This document shows, one piece after another, positions 13,522-26,718 of a stretch of 64,000 bases of DNA. The first letter of the stretch is position 1; the number at the start of each line of letters is the position of its first letter. The notes under the pieces are model-generated. The model searched no databases. It was not told the origin of the DNA and was given only the letters and a program-made list of their open reading frames with translations. The stretch covers positions 27,900,001 through 27,964,000 of the forward strand of contig OX597820.1 of NCBI GenBank assembly GCA_951406725.2, in the 5' to 3' direction. The stretch is from Octopus vulgaris. Its lineage: Eukaryota. The translations under genes were made by a program, and so were the position numbers.

Positions 13522-13637
13522 AAAACTGACAGCTGTTTCGGCAGTGAGGACAGTCATACCTCATTTAACCTATAAGCCATAAAGGCAGGTATAAATGAGG
13601 CATTAACAAGGATGCCCCACGGCCTCTTCAGAGAATT
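13522..13637 (-). ncRNA. Type I hammerhead ribozyme motif with extended stem II
   Basis: CTGAAGA-GGCCGTGGGG...CCTCACTGCC-GAAAC-AGCT-GTC. Palindromic stem III; stem I weak. Confidence 0.75.
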
Positions 13638-13988
13638 AAATTAAATTTGTTATAATAGTGAAAAATATTATATAATCATATACATATAAATATAAAAATA
13701 TAAAAATGCAAAATATAAAAACTTATACATCATAATGCTACACTTATATAATATAATACACATTTGTACAAAAAGGAAGGTAAACAGAACAAAATAAAAC
13801 AAAATATATAACAGTGTATATATTAATATTAATAAGTACCGATATTATACATATTTGGCTAATAGTTTTTTTTTATAAAAAAAAAAAAAAAAAAAAAAGG
13901 GCTAACACATATGGAGATGAAAAATAATAATTAAATCCGTGGTACAGTTCATAAAATTCTAAAGCTATAAAAGTTAATAAAAATTACT

Positions 13989-14032
<44 letters not shown>

Positions 14033-15764
14033 TAATAATAATAAAAAAATACTAAAAATAGATACAGTTAAGTTAGCACCAAGTCCATCCTTTCAAGATC
14101 GAAATAACTATGAGTTAAGAAATGTAGACCACTAGGTAAAGAAAATTTAGATTAATTCGATTGGCTATTGGTTTGAAATTTAAATCACAAAAGAAAATTA
14201 TACGGTTGGTTAGTCAAGGAACGCCAATATTCACACACGCATCTACAGATCAATCGCACATACACACATAGTTATATGTATATACATACACTTATACACA
14301 TACATAATCACAAGCAACAACTAGCACTTAGATAAACAAAAAAGGGAAGCAACTATGCTAACATTTAGTCCTTCAAAATTATAACTGAGCCTCAATAACA
14401 AAAAAAAGAACCATCCATGCATTCTATAAAATATTTAATTTAGATATAAATATATTTTTAAATATCAGTATGTTACTAATTCAGATAATTATTTCATGGG
14501 TAACTTAAAATTTATAACACCGGTTTGTTACAGAGTAAACATACGGTTGTTAGGTTTATCGTAAGTTTGTTATGATTTTAAGTACGCTAAATTATAAAAT
14601 ATAAAATATAAAATATATATTAATTTAAATATTATAAATAAGTCACTTATTAACTTAATAAATATAGTGCCATAATATACCAGTTTAGGCATTAAAGAAT
14701 AGAAGGGGAAGTATTAATGTAAACGCTTATGAGAACATCACAGAAATTTTAAATAAATTTTATATTATAAAGACTTAAGATGAAAAGAGATAAAATAAAT
14801 AAAAAGGAATAAATACGAAGGAATAAATACGGTTATACACATAATTATAAGTACAAACTAGTATATATGTATTCATATATTATTAAAATTAAATAAAAAT
14901 AAATGATAGATATGTATGTATAAAACTACACCAGTATAAGTAAATAAGTAAAAAATAAATAGGTAACAAATTAGATGACTTGATATGTATGTAAACATCT
15001 ACACTTAAATAGGCAAATAAATAAATGAATAGAAGACTAGATGCAAAGATTGATAATATTACAATAAAATGGGAAATAAATAAAAATAAATAAAGTGAAT
15101 ATATATATTTTATATTGTTGAAAGTAAATATGTATGGAAGGATAGTTTAAAGTACAGATCCAGAGGACTATAGATATAAACTAAATATATGAGGCTGGTA
15201 ATAATTATAAAGCAAAATGCATGTAAATGAGAAAATGAAAAAAAATGAAAAAGGTTTATCAGTGAATAGCATAAGATACACATTAAGGTGAGTACAAAAA
15301 GACCAAATATATAATAAAAACCTTCCAAATAAACACATACAAAAAACCTATAATCTCAACCTAAACCCACCAAACTCACAAAAGGCTCTCATATATTACA
15401 TATTATACAATATCATTACATTATCTAGAGCTAGGTATCTAACCAAGATATACATATATACTATGCAATATACTATGCAATATTGGAAAACTTAAAAAAT
15501 CACACATTACAAGGCAAATACCAAAATGAATATGTTATTTTATGTCATATTGCATTTCTCTTAAAAAAACAAACAAAAACCCACATACAAAAACCAAGAA
15601 ACCAATAATACTAGACACATCCATTAATTATTATACAAATGTAGCTATAAAAATTATAAAATTATGAAATTTATAAATTGTATACTTTAGAATTATAGAA
15701 GACCACAGGTATATTTAGTTAAAGAAGGGAATTAAAAAATTAATAATAGTGGAAGTGCTAAGTT

Positions 15765-17680
15765 CTATTTGAATCTAGAAAAGGTGAACGGTAGCCTATG
15801 AATACAAAAGAAGTTTTTCTCATTAATGTTGTTAATAATTTGCCGACCCGCTTTAATAATGAAGAAAATTTCATTAATACATAGAGAGCATTTTTTATTT
15901 TTTCCATTATACACAGGTGCTGAAGTTAGTATTTTCCAGTTTAATCTAAAATCTAAGTTCTTACTTTTAAGTTCCCAAATGTATGCACTTAGCCCTGTAG
16001 AGTACATTCTATTTTTATTCCTAAAAGTATATCTGTGATAATTCCATCTTTGTTTTATGCTATTCATAGTTGCCCCGATATACACCCTACTACTCAATTG
16101 TGTATCTACAGTGCATTGGTAAACTACCTCCTTCCTGAGGCATTGATTACCAAATACACATTTATTTTTATTTCTGCAATTACAAAGATTAACAGAATGA
16201 GGAAATCTAAGATTAGACACCACCCCTATACTACTATTCACATTATAAGTGTTACAATTGTTATCATCATCCAAACCCAAAATCAACGAATGAGTTAATT
16301 TCACATTATCGGCTATATTCCTATCACTAGTACTAGTATTGGTAGTAGTAGTATGATCTATTACATTTATATTATCTCTGACAGGTATGGTGCACTCATT
16401 ATTAGTAAGGAGGTTGTTCCCATTTGTTCCAAGAAAATTTCTATTCCTATTATTAATGAAGAGGGGCAAGTTTTCCTGGTCTAAATTCAATTTTCTATCC
16501 TTATAGAAGTGATCCAGTTTCTTGTTATTAAAAGAGGAGATAATGGTGGCTAGATTATGAGTAATGCTATATCCCACTCTAACAGTACCGTTGTTAATTA
16601 AAGGACTAAATTTATTCCTATCCTTACCAAAATGCCTAAAAATAACATTATGCAAAGCTCTCACTATGTTTGTTTTAATCTGCATTGCATACGGGATAAT
16701 CAACCAAAGAGTATCCTTATCAGAATTAGGATTGCCTATAGAATTAATGTTATTTGTAAAAATCCTATTCGTAGACCAACTCATAGGATTACTATTCTTA
16801 CCACTGTTATTATTATATCTATCTATATCAATATTACCATGGTTATTGCGCAAGTAAACTTTACCATTATCATGTCTACCATAAGTTTTAATTCGTATAT
16901 TATTATTAATATTACTACTATTACCCGTATGCTTAGATCTATTTGAGCTACCGTTCACCTTTCCAAGGTTAACGTCACTTCTACATTTATTATAGGTGTT
17001 ATCATATATTCTATTTTTACTATTCTTATGTATATTGTTGATTATCCTAAATCTATTTGTGTTGTTCCTGATAGTTCTACCTCCATTAGGGGGTTCCCCT
17101 TAGGTATAAACCAAATCTTACTTTTATATCCTGCCTTAAGTAATGCTGCATTGTATCTATCACAGTGTTTGTTAAAAATTTCCTCGTTTGAGGATAAACT
17201 AGAAATTCTCTGACTAATGCTACGCACTAGTGCATTTTTAATTTGAGGGGGGTGATTACTAGAACGGTTAATGTATATTAGGTTAGAATTAGGTTTAATA
17301 TAGGGTTCATGTAAACCATTAGTAATGTTACAATTAACATCTAAATAATTAGCAGAATAATTTTCACTTTCAATGATAATGGATAGGCCGAAGCTTTTAA
17401 AAAATTTATTTATTCTTTTTTTCAGAAGATCTAATCTCCTATTTGATGTATTCCTAACACAAAATAAGGCGTCATCCCTGTATAATCCACCTTTTAATTC
17501 AGGGAATTCCCTACTAAAGTTATCTAATAGATACATCCCAACTAGATCAGTCACCTCCGCTGAGTCCGGCGATCCCATTGTGATATCGAACAAGTTGGGT
17601 GTGTCCTTTCTAGCCCAAAGTTTATTATCAAACTCTATTAAAGTTTTCCTGGCTGTTAGTATAACCTTAATCTCCCCCAT
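15765..17680 (-). CDS. PLE reverse transcriptase plus C-terminal GIY-YIG endonuclease (one -1 frameshift near 17090)
   Basis: RT: [35 protein letters not shown]: [18 protein letters not shown]...YIGAT...[18 protein letters not shown]. Confidence 0.9.
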
Positions 17681-17681
17681 A

Positions 17682-17734
<53 letters not shown>

Positions 17735-17760
17735 GTATATATATATACACACATACATAT

Positions 17761-17826
<66 letters not shown>

Positions 17827-17850
17827 GAATATGATGAATAATGATCAGCA

Positions 17851-18655
17851 ATGCATCAATCTCGTGAAAAACTTCAAAAAGTTAAGCGAGATTTAGTCAA
17901 ATTCGTTAGTGATGCGAGCTTAAGTATTTTCATCGATGATGATAGGACTAAGGTTAACTTCTTCGATCTTACTGTAAAGTTGAATGCAACCTTGCATTTC
18001 CAATACTATAAACCTTCATTCAACCAGAAATACATTAGCACCTTTAGTAACCAGCATAATAAAATAACAAAATAATATATCGCCAAAGAAACCGTTTTCA
18101 ATAGTAACGCTGAGTTTTATAACTCAGCTTTATGTAAAGCAGGATATAAGGAACAAATTTAATATTATAAGCAACTTGCACTCTAATCGTCTCATTAATG
18201 GTAATTACGTTATTGATAATAATTATAGTAGTAATAATAACAATAATTATACTAATAACAATAACAGTAGTAATAACATTATTAACAGTAATAGACACTA
18301 TAACAGCATGAGTACTTATATTGCTTCTCCCGTTGTCAATAATCCAGATAATTCTCCATTTCATTCAATTATTCATATTCCTTACCTTCGTAATCCTAAA
18401 AAGGAAACTGTCAAAGGGAAGTAACTATGCTTTCCCCATCCTTTTTACGCTACTTTAAGAATAATACTTGGTCTTTTAATAATAAATCTCGTAATGGATC
18501 ACGAAACCCTAGTAAAAGATTTTGGTTAATTATTCCATACGGAAATGAAGTAAATAGTAAACTTCCCCTCTTAGTTTGGCAAATTATAGAAAGGAACTTC
18601 CCCATTAATTCAAGGTACCACTCAATTTTCAACACATACCGTATCAGAATATATT
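17851..18655 (+). pseudogene. Degenerate PLE RT-thumb/linker fragment, divergent from the adjacent PLE
   Basis: VNFFDLTV...YYKPSFNQKYISTFSN, FYNSALCKAGY and WLIIPYG...RYHSIFN parallel the 15765-17680 protein. Confidence 0.75.
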
Positions 18656-18669
18656 ATTTATTATTATTC

Positions 18670-19440
18670 CAAAACTATTACATGCATATTTTTGCAGCAT
18701 TTTGGGTGTTATGGAGAGTGTACCAGTTACCATAAGAATAGCCCTTGTCATATTTTTCCACAATTTCTCCAACTCTCTGTCTATGGCTGAATATTTCTGA
18801 ATGCTTTCAATTATTTCTGGTGCACTGTTTATTATCATACACTATTGTACAGACTGTAATCTTACACTGTTTGTTCATTTTGCCCTTTATAATCGTAATT
18901 GGTGTTCTTGCATCAATACTATGGTCAGTCTTTATGAAGAAGTTCCATAGATTCCTGTGACAATCTTTATGAGAATTTTTGGTTCGTGTCCAAACAGTTT
19001 TCCTGTTATTTCGAAACCACGGACACGGCTATGATTTAAATGCTCTTTTTTAACTACAGAGTCATGCCTAAGTTTATACTAGTTTTTGTGCTAGCTTACT
19101 GTATTTACTGAAGAGATGACTAATATACTCTGGTCCTTTTTTGAAATTCTATACTTAGTCGCAGACTCATTTGTGTTGTTCTTTGTCCTTATAAAATTCG
19201 GTCCAATAGCATGTTCCTGGGCAGGTGCAATTAGCACTTTTGTCCTCTCGTTTCAGGTTCCCGCTCGTCATCCATAACTAGCATATTTTACTTCCAGAAA
19301 TCTCAGTATGTTGCGTAAATTGGCCATGTAATTTCATTTATTTCCCTCTGCTTGATCTGTTATTTTTCCTTCTTTTCCTAAATTTTCTTGCTGTTTCAAT
19401 AAATGTCCTGCTATTTCAAAGAAGCTATGTCTAGTCACCC
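18670..19440 (-). pseudogene. Degenerate R4/Dong-clade LINE C-terminus (restriction-like endonuclease)
   Basis: LWNFFIKTDHSIDARTP, KYSAIDRELEKLW, MVTGTLS; upstream WMTSGNLKRE...AQEHA. Parallels 34600-35050. Confidence 0.7.
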
Positions 19441-19528
19441 AAAATAGGTAACGCAAAAAGAATCGGAAAGTGAATAATGGTATATTTCTACAAAATATAT
19501 CATCTATCCCCATCCATTGACTTATTGA

Positions 19529-19592
19529 CCTTGATATCTCAACTACTTATTCAACTTGATCTCTCAACTACTTATTTACCTTGATCTCTCAA
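19529..19592. repeat. Minisatellite, about 2.5 x 24-25 bp (CTTGATCTCTCAACTACTTATT..)
   Basis: Read directly from the sequence. Confidence 0.8.
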
Positions 19593-20701
19593 CAAATAAA
19601 ATCCTCGACCAAGAATAGTTCTATCCTCCAAAGTAGGTTCCTCGAAGTACCTTAAGCGAAACAAAAGAATTTGTCGAACAAATGGTTGTGGAATAAATGT
19701 TAATTAGGCTTAACGTTATAGCAAGTCGACGGTGGGTAATATTATACACGCTTTCCCAAATAATTTTAGTTGTGCAAATACAGTGAAATACTAAGATTAT
19801 TTCCTGAATCACTCATATACATCATGTAATCGTTTTGTAGAGTTATTATATCGGCATGTACGCTAACACTATTTGAGCTCTAGCCATCAAACATCAATAT
19901 TCACAAATATATAAACGTAAGCTCTGTTCGTTTGGTGAGACATCATTTGCACTTGGCATACGTTTATCGATTCCTTGCTTAACCCATGCAGTGCAGTTGT
20001 GCAATATATTTGACATTAAGTACTTAATATACTGGCATGAGCTAAGATGGGAGGCAGCGTTGCTTAAGTCACGCGTCATTAAATCATTTTCTGATAACGA
20101 TGCCAAAAGGCAATAAGACAACACAGCAGTAAAATAACAAAGACAAAAAACAAGGAAATTAAAATATATGAGAAGAAAACTTATTAATTTAGAAGAGGCA
20201 GAATACAAAAGAAACAAATGGAGAGCAAAATCAGCAGATTTTGTTCATGTGAAGAAAATTTGGCCTGAGTTTGCTGTTACTTAAATCGTTAAATATCAAA
20301 GACGAATGGACTTGACAAATCTTGAGTGGGGCTGGACTGAAAATCAAATCAATATGATTGAATATAGTCGGCAAGATATTGATCAGTTCGATATTACCAG
20401 CGCTGAAGCAGAGTTAAAATAGCATTATCCAACGCTTACAACGCGCACAGATTGAATTACGATTAACTCTTCACGTTCGTCGAGAATGTTCAGGACTGTA
20501 GTTTTCTTTTAGCTGCGATGGCTTTATTGATATGGACGTGTTCGCTATAACATGAACTGCAGACAAGTTACGCTACCTGAACATATTCAAAGTTAGACAT
20601 TCCACACACAGAGGCATGCATCATGTATATGTGTGTATGTGTGTTGACAGACACGCAGGCACATAGGTAGAGACAAAGAGATAAACGCATAAAAAGACAG
20701 T

Positions 20702-20835
<134 letters not shown>

Positions 20836-20843
20836 ATATATAT

Positions 20844-20915
<72 letters not shown>

Positions 20916-21473
20916 GTATATAAATGTATGTGTGTATGATTGCGTGTGCGTGTGTGTATAAATGCCTATGTACATGTATTATGAGTAGTATACGACGTTA
21001 TCGGCGAAGACCACGAGTGTGTGTGTCCGTGTGTTATCGACGAGGCACGAAGTATACATACTATAAATGAAGGAAAATGCACCACAGTTGTGTGTGTGTA
21101 TATATATATAGATAGATAGATACATACATACATACATACATACATACATACATACATACATACATACATACATACATACATACATAATACATAGATAAAC
21201 ATGTCCGTGTATGCACATATATACGTATACACACACATATGTGTATGTGTAAATGTGTGTATTTGTTTGTCTGCATACATCCAAACAATAAACATACGAA
21301 ATATATGCATATTGTTTCTTTCTTATTTGTACAGAAGCCACGAAAATACTCGTGTCTCAGCACGAATTCAATTCTACGGAAATCTGAATATCAATCTCGG
21401 CAATACACTTGTTACTTTCAATTATGTACTTCTTTTATATATATAAATATATACTCGCAGGTTAGCCTCACTG

Positions 21474-21820
21474 CGTGGCACCTACTATAGCTTCGGGCCG
21501 ACCAAAGCCTTCTAAGTGGATTCGCGAGGCGGAATCTGAAAGACCGTCGTATATGTGTGTGTGTGTCTGTGTCTGTGTGTGGGGGGGAGAGAGAGAGAGA
21601 GAGTGTGTGTGTGCGCGAGTGCGTTTACTTCCGTGTCTGTGTTTGTTCCCCCACCATTGCTTGACAACCGATGTTTATGTGTTTACGTCCCTGTACAAAA
21701 CACCGATAGAATAAGTACTAGGCTTACAAGAATAAGTTATGTGGTCGATTTGTTCGACTAAAGATGGTGCTCCAGTATGGCTGCAGTCAAATGAGTAGAA
21801 CAAGTAAAAAATAAAAGAAT
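21474..21820 (+). mobile_element. SINE family A, 5'-truncated and internally deleted
   Basis: Matches family A body and tail. Confidence 0.85.
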
Positions 21821-22139
21821 ATATATATGTATGTGTGTGTGTGTGCGTGTGTGTATGTCTCTGTGTGTATGTATATATTGATTATCTATTTATTTATTTA
21901 TTCATTTATTTATCTGGAATATGGCCTCTATAAGTTTTGGAGAGACCATACTCAAAAGAGGACTTAATGCACAATTATGTTGGGTGTACAATTTATTTCG
22001 GTAATGTATGTTTTGTTGTGTAAGTTTGCATATATGTGTGTGTGTGTGTGTGTGTGCATGTGTGTGTGTGAGTGTGTTTGTGTGTGCGTCTGTGTATGTG
22101 TGTGTGTGTGTGTGTGTGTGACCGCGTGTGTATCGTTGG

Positions 22140-22315
22140 CGATTTTCTTTCTCCCTCTTCACTCTTTGGACTTTTTCTATTTTTGATGAAGCGCTCCGCT
22201 CGAAACGTGAAATCCTCTTTCTTTTCTTTTCTTTCCTAAGCGTACAATAACATTGTACTTATTCCACGTCCTCGCGTTGTTGTCTTTTTCTTGCTTGTTC
22301 ATGTTTGGATTGACT
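22140..22315 (+). mobile_element. PLE pLTR remnant with minimal HHR motif
   Basis: TTGATGAAGCGCTCCGCTCGAAACGTGA at 22183-22210; ends in (TA)n. Confidence 0.6.
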
Positions 22316-22440
22316 ATATATATATATATATATGAGTATATGTATATGTATATATATATCTAATGTAGGATAACATTTTTTCGAAAAAATTTTATCAATG
22401 GCCAGCATATTAAAAAATACCTTTAAAGGATAAATTATAA

Positions 22441-22577
22441 ACAACTTATAAATAAGGGCAAACGAAAAAATTTCTAATGCCAAATATGACGAAATTATAT
22501 GGTAAATGGACAGTATATCCAATTTTCGACATATTGGGCATTAGAATTTTTTTCGTTTGCCCTTATTTATAAGTTGT
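22441..22577. repeat. Fold-back inverted repeat (about 55-bp arms)
   Basis: ACAACTTATAAATAAGGGCAAACGAAAAAA... pairs with ...TTTTTTCGTTTGCCCTTATTTATAAGTTGT. Confidence 0.85.
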
Positions 22578-22600
22578 ATATGTATATATATATATATATA

Positions 22601-23113
22601 CTAGCAGTATCGCCCGGCGTTGCTCGGGTTTGTAAGGGAAATAACTATATAAGCATTTTTAGAGAGTTACTTCCCTTATAGATGCCAATTCGGGCTTTCT
22701 TAGCCATTTCTGTTTTGGTGTCTTCAAGCCATGAAGTCGTTGTTCTAAAAGAACGCTGGTCTCCTTGACAACGCATTACGACGTTGATTTCCTTAAACTC
22801 CCTTCCCCACAGCTTCACGAGGGAGGGAAGAAGGGGGAGAAGCAAACAGGTGCAGGTGTGACCATGGACGCCAACTCCGCCGCCATCGACACACGAAAAA
22901 TTATGCATTAAAATGGAATAAAAAATTATGTCAAATTATTTTAAAAATCGTAGATTCATCGTAGACGCGCGCTAATAGCCAGACGAGCTCGATATGAATC
23001 ACGACTATAAGATACCCGAATTTGGTTAAACTGCACCGCAAAATGTGGGAGTAGTTAGGAATCTAAATCGAAGGGGACAGACACTCACACAACTACAGTT
23101 TTATATATATAGA
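22601..23113 (-). mobile_element. Non-autonomous Helitron
   Basis: Minus strand begins TCTATATATATAAAAC and ends with hairpin CCCGAGCAACGCCGGG, 8 nt, then CTAG. Inserted between A and T with no TSD. Confidence 0.85.
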
Positions 23114-23388
23114 TATATATATATATATATATAGTAACAGAAAGAGGGAGGAAGTTCGATGATCCCCACGTGGTGAGTTGTAATATATATAAGAAATTAA
23201 AAAAGGAAAATACACACATTACATAGTTTTGATATAATTTTTAATATATCGACCGGTTTTGCTTTCGCTATTCCTGATATTAAGGTTTACTTGTTTGAAT
23301 ATATATTTTCGTTAGAACAAATTTTTGTCCATGTTTTGTGTGATGATATTTACGAGTGAATGACTTCACAAGTAGAAAAATATGTATG

Positions 23389-23681
23389 TATTCTTTTATA
23401 CGTTTCAGCGCTAAGGCTGTGGCCATGCTAGCGTACCGCTTGCATAATCACCTTTCCAATTGCTAATGCTATGTGATTAGCTTCTGGTGAAGGAGGGAGT
23501 TGGACCCTGCTGCTGCCCTATTTTGAATTTATTGCCTTGATATCAGTTCGTCTGGGTATTTAGATAGCAAGGGGTAAAGTTATTGCTTGAAAACCTCTAC
23601 TTCCACTCCATGAAGTTCCCTGAGATATTCTGGCAAGGCGATAAATAGCTGTGAGCTTTTGAACCCTAAGCTATTGCAGTA
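23389..23681 (-). mobile_element. 3' end of a CR1/L2-type LINE
   Basis: YCNSLGFKSSQLFIALPEYLRELHGVEVEVFKQ*LYPLLSKYPDE...RAAAGSNSL, then tail GCATGGCCACAGCC...CTGAAAC...AAAAGAATA. Confidence 0.75.
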
Positions 23682-24404
23682 AACACACACACACACACAC
23701 ACACACACCTACAATACACACACACACACACATACAACACACGCATATCTATGGCATATGCCCTTTAAGATCACAATTCAAATAAAGACGATACAGAATT
23801 ATGTAAGTTTATTTAATATTGATAAACACTACGAAAAGCTTACTTTCATTTTACGGGTGCGGATGATACATCTTTTTATTTATTTATCTATTTATATACC
23901 TATTTATTTATTACTGAAGCGGTAACTTTAGCTTGTGGTAAACTTTTGGTAACCTGATATCTCAACGTTTTAGGTGAGATTCATACACATCAATTACTCC
24001 TTAATGCATGTGAAATTTGCATTTGCAGACAACTCTCCTTTCCTATATATTATATTTCATGTCTTGGATAAAAGCTTGTCATAATGACGGTGGAAGTAAT
24101 ACGCATTCGCCCAACGCTATATGGTTTTTCTGTAATTTCTCAGTTTGAAATATAATCAAGTTCTCATTAGTTGTGGTTGCTGTCATTTAGTTCCTCGTTT
24201 CCATCAGCATTTCTTCAATGTATCTATCTATCTATCTATCTATCTAACTACCTATCTGTCTAACTATCTATAAAATCAATCTATCTATATATTCCTCTAT
24301 CTAACTTTCTTCACACACGCGCACGCACGCACACACTCACACACACACACGCACGCACGCACACACACACACACATATAATGAACGGACTTGCTAATGGA
24401 TCTG

Positions 24405-25230
24405 TCGTATGGCATGGACTCGGGGTAACTTTGGCATCAATTACACACTTCTAACATCGAGGAATTGACTCGGACAAGTTCTCAACAGTTGTTTGGGGAA
24501 TTCAGCGCCATTATTCACATAAAACCTGTTCTGCTATTTCAGTGCTGATGGCAGATGAAGACTGCTCCTCGAATGCTATTTCAAAATGCACCACACATGC
24601 CTGATTATATTGACATCCGGTTATTGTGCTATTCCATCCAAATAGTCAACATCGCTTCGAACCATTTTGGAATAATATCAGTCGTCTGAGTCGATGCATT
24701 CCCATCCTGGAAGATTGCTAAACAACTGTGGAGGCACATGGCCAAGTGGTTAGAGCAGCAGACTCGTGGTCGAGAGATCGCGGGTTCGAATCTCAGACCG
24801 GGCGATGTGTGTGTTTATGAGCGAAACACCTAAGCTCCACGCGGCTCAGGCAGAATGTAATGGCGAAACTTCTTCTGACTCTTTCGCCACAACTTTCTCT
24901 CACTCTTTCCTCCTGCATCTTGCAGCTCACCTGCGATGGACCGGCGTCCTGTCTAGGTGGGGAACCTATACGCCAAGGAAACCGGGAAGCTGGCCCATAT
25001 GAGCCAGGCATGGCTCGAGAAGGAACAATCAAATTGCTAACCGACTGGGATATAGCACTTGTAACATTGTATGGACTACTCAGATAATACTTGAATTTAA
25101 CTTTACTATGTAGAACAATTTAAGCTCAATTTAATCCAGTGATATGTTTGTTATATACAGACTATCAAAATTTTGTCATATTACCAATAGATAAATTATG
25201 TTGTGATAATTATTTTGTCGAACCCCTGTA
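24405..25230 (-). mobile_element. Degenerate Tc1 (DD34E-type) transposon interrupted by a SINE
   Basis: IFQDGNAS, AQ*PDVNIIRHVWCILK (cf. SPDLNPIE), IPQTTVENLSESIPR..CVIDAK. TIR-like TACAGGGGTTCGACAAAATAA at 25210-25230. Confidence 0.75.
24729..25032 (+). mobile_element. SINE family C variant with 15-bp TSD
   Basis: TSD ATTGCTAA(A/C)C(A/G)ACTG at 24714-24728 and 25033-25047. Confidence 0.85.
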
Positions 25231-26652
25231 TATATATTTCTGTTGGTAATCAATCTATCACAAATTGCAGTTTCTGAAGTTACTTTCAATCAATCCAGTG
25301 TATAAAAATTATCACTGAATGACAATACACACTCACCCAATTACACACTTACACACACATATGCGTGCGCTCACACATGCAGACGCACACATACATGCAT
25401 AAAGAAACGCTCACATACAAGCATACATAGACATATAAACTGATAGATTCATAGATAGATATTTACAAGTATAGTATCCATAATATCGTTCACTGTTTAA
25501 AGCTATGGTGCTTTTGATTTTGGTAAATTTGGTTACTATATCTAGCAGCACGAGAAACCACATTGGACATGATTCCCAAACTGGTCCTATGCAACACTCT
25601 TTCGGATGAGCTTTACGTATGCGCTATGTTACGAAAATTATATTTCAAAATATTAACAAATGCAAACTCAATATCAAATTATGAAGTTATGAAAACTATG
25701 TTTTCTTTATTGAATAAATTATTATTTTTTAAACAATTTTATGAGAGAGCACCTAAATTAAATTACTTAAATTTGTACTCTAAAGCATGTAACATTATTA
25801 ATATTTTTGTTTACGTTGTAAACTAAGAACCAAATATTTTAATTTCCTCTAAAATGAACCAGTAAGTAAATATGTGTGAATTTCCCTCTTTCTACTTCAA
25901 TGGCGGTAACATTATTGCTATTAATGTTCTAATGTAGATTCACTTGGTTACATATAGTACCTAAAGTATAGGCTTTCAACGTTATTAATGAATCAAAACT
26001 AGAATGTATGTGACACAACTGTTTTAAGCTTTCATGTAAGATTCTTTCATTTGTCCACTCATTGGGTCATCTTCAAGAATCATATTAGTTGTGTAACATG
26101 AAGAAAACGATGTAATATTTATAACTTACAACGTGCATACGATTGATCTGTAATTATTCTTTTGGTGTGGAAAAGCAATAATGTAGCTAAAATGTAACGA
26201 ATTCTGATTCAATGAAACCTCTGTGTTGTACAGAGGTTTCAAAGTCAGAGCTGTGCTGTCAATATGGTACAGAAATATGTTTCAAGCATTCGAAATATGT
26301 TTCGACAGAAGCATTTGTTTCCATGCAAAACAGGTTATACTAAACAGAATACATTCTTTCGAGCTAGAAGCAGATAACATGAAGCTGTAATGCTGCTGCA
26401 AATACAATGCAAATTTATTTTATCTATGTGACAATGAGTTGTTCTTCGTTATTTTCCTATTAGTAAAAGATATCTAATTTCTAAATATCAGCTAGGAATA
26501 ATACCATCTTGCTCATCCGATTAGATATTTCAATTTTAATACCACACTATGTTGAATCCTTTGTACTAATTTTACTCTATCGTATGTATAATTACAATCA
26601 ATGCACAGACACACCCATCTGCAACATTTCAGATATCATAGCAAATTCTTAG

Positions 26653-26718
26653 ACAACCACAATCCTCACCAATATGCAGACAGCTGATTGGAAGCGGCTT
26701 CATACTTTCTATCGACAG
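26653..26718 (+). other. Candidate 66-nt spliced exon
   Basis: TTCTTAG acceptor and CAG|GTAAGG donor, open in two frames, inside a 2.4-kb stretch poor in repeats. Confidence 0.25.

Larger units (their letters stand above)
13155..17682 (-). mobile_element. 5'-truncated Penelope-like retroelement (RT, GIY-YIG, long 3' UTR, HHR-bearing pLTR) bounded by (TA)n
   Basis: Coding motifs at 15765-17680, HHR at 13522-13637, (TA)n at both ends. Linking the UTR and pLTR to the ORF is inferred from orientation and contiguity. Confidence 0.8.

Noticed and set aside
17085-17100. Programmed -1 frameshift in the PLE
   Set aside because: No canonical X XXY YYZ slippery site; a one-base homopolymer deletion is simpler.
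17683-17851. N-terminal part of ORF 17042..17851
   Set aside because: Read-through across (TA)n; RT similarity starts near 17680.
26212-26240. Small hairpins (also 38848-38862)
   Set aside because: Short enough to arise by chance in AT-rich DNA; no supporting context.
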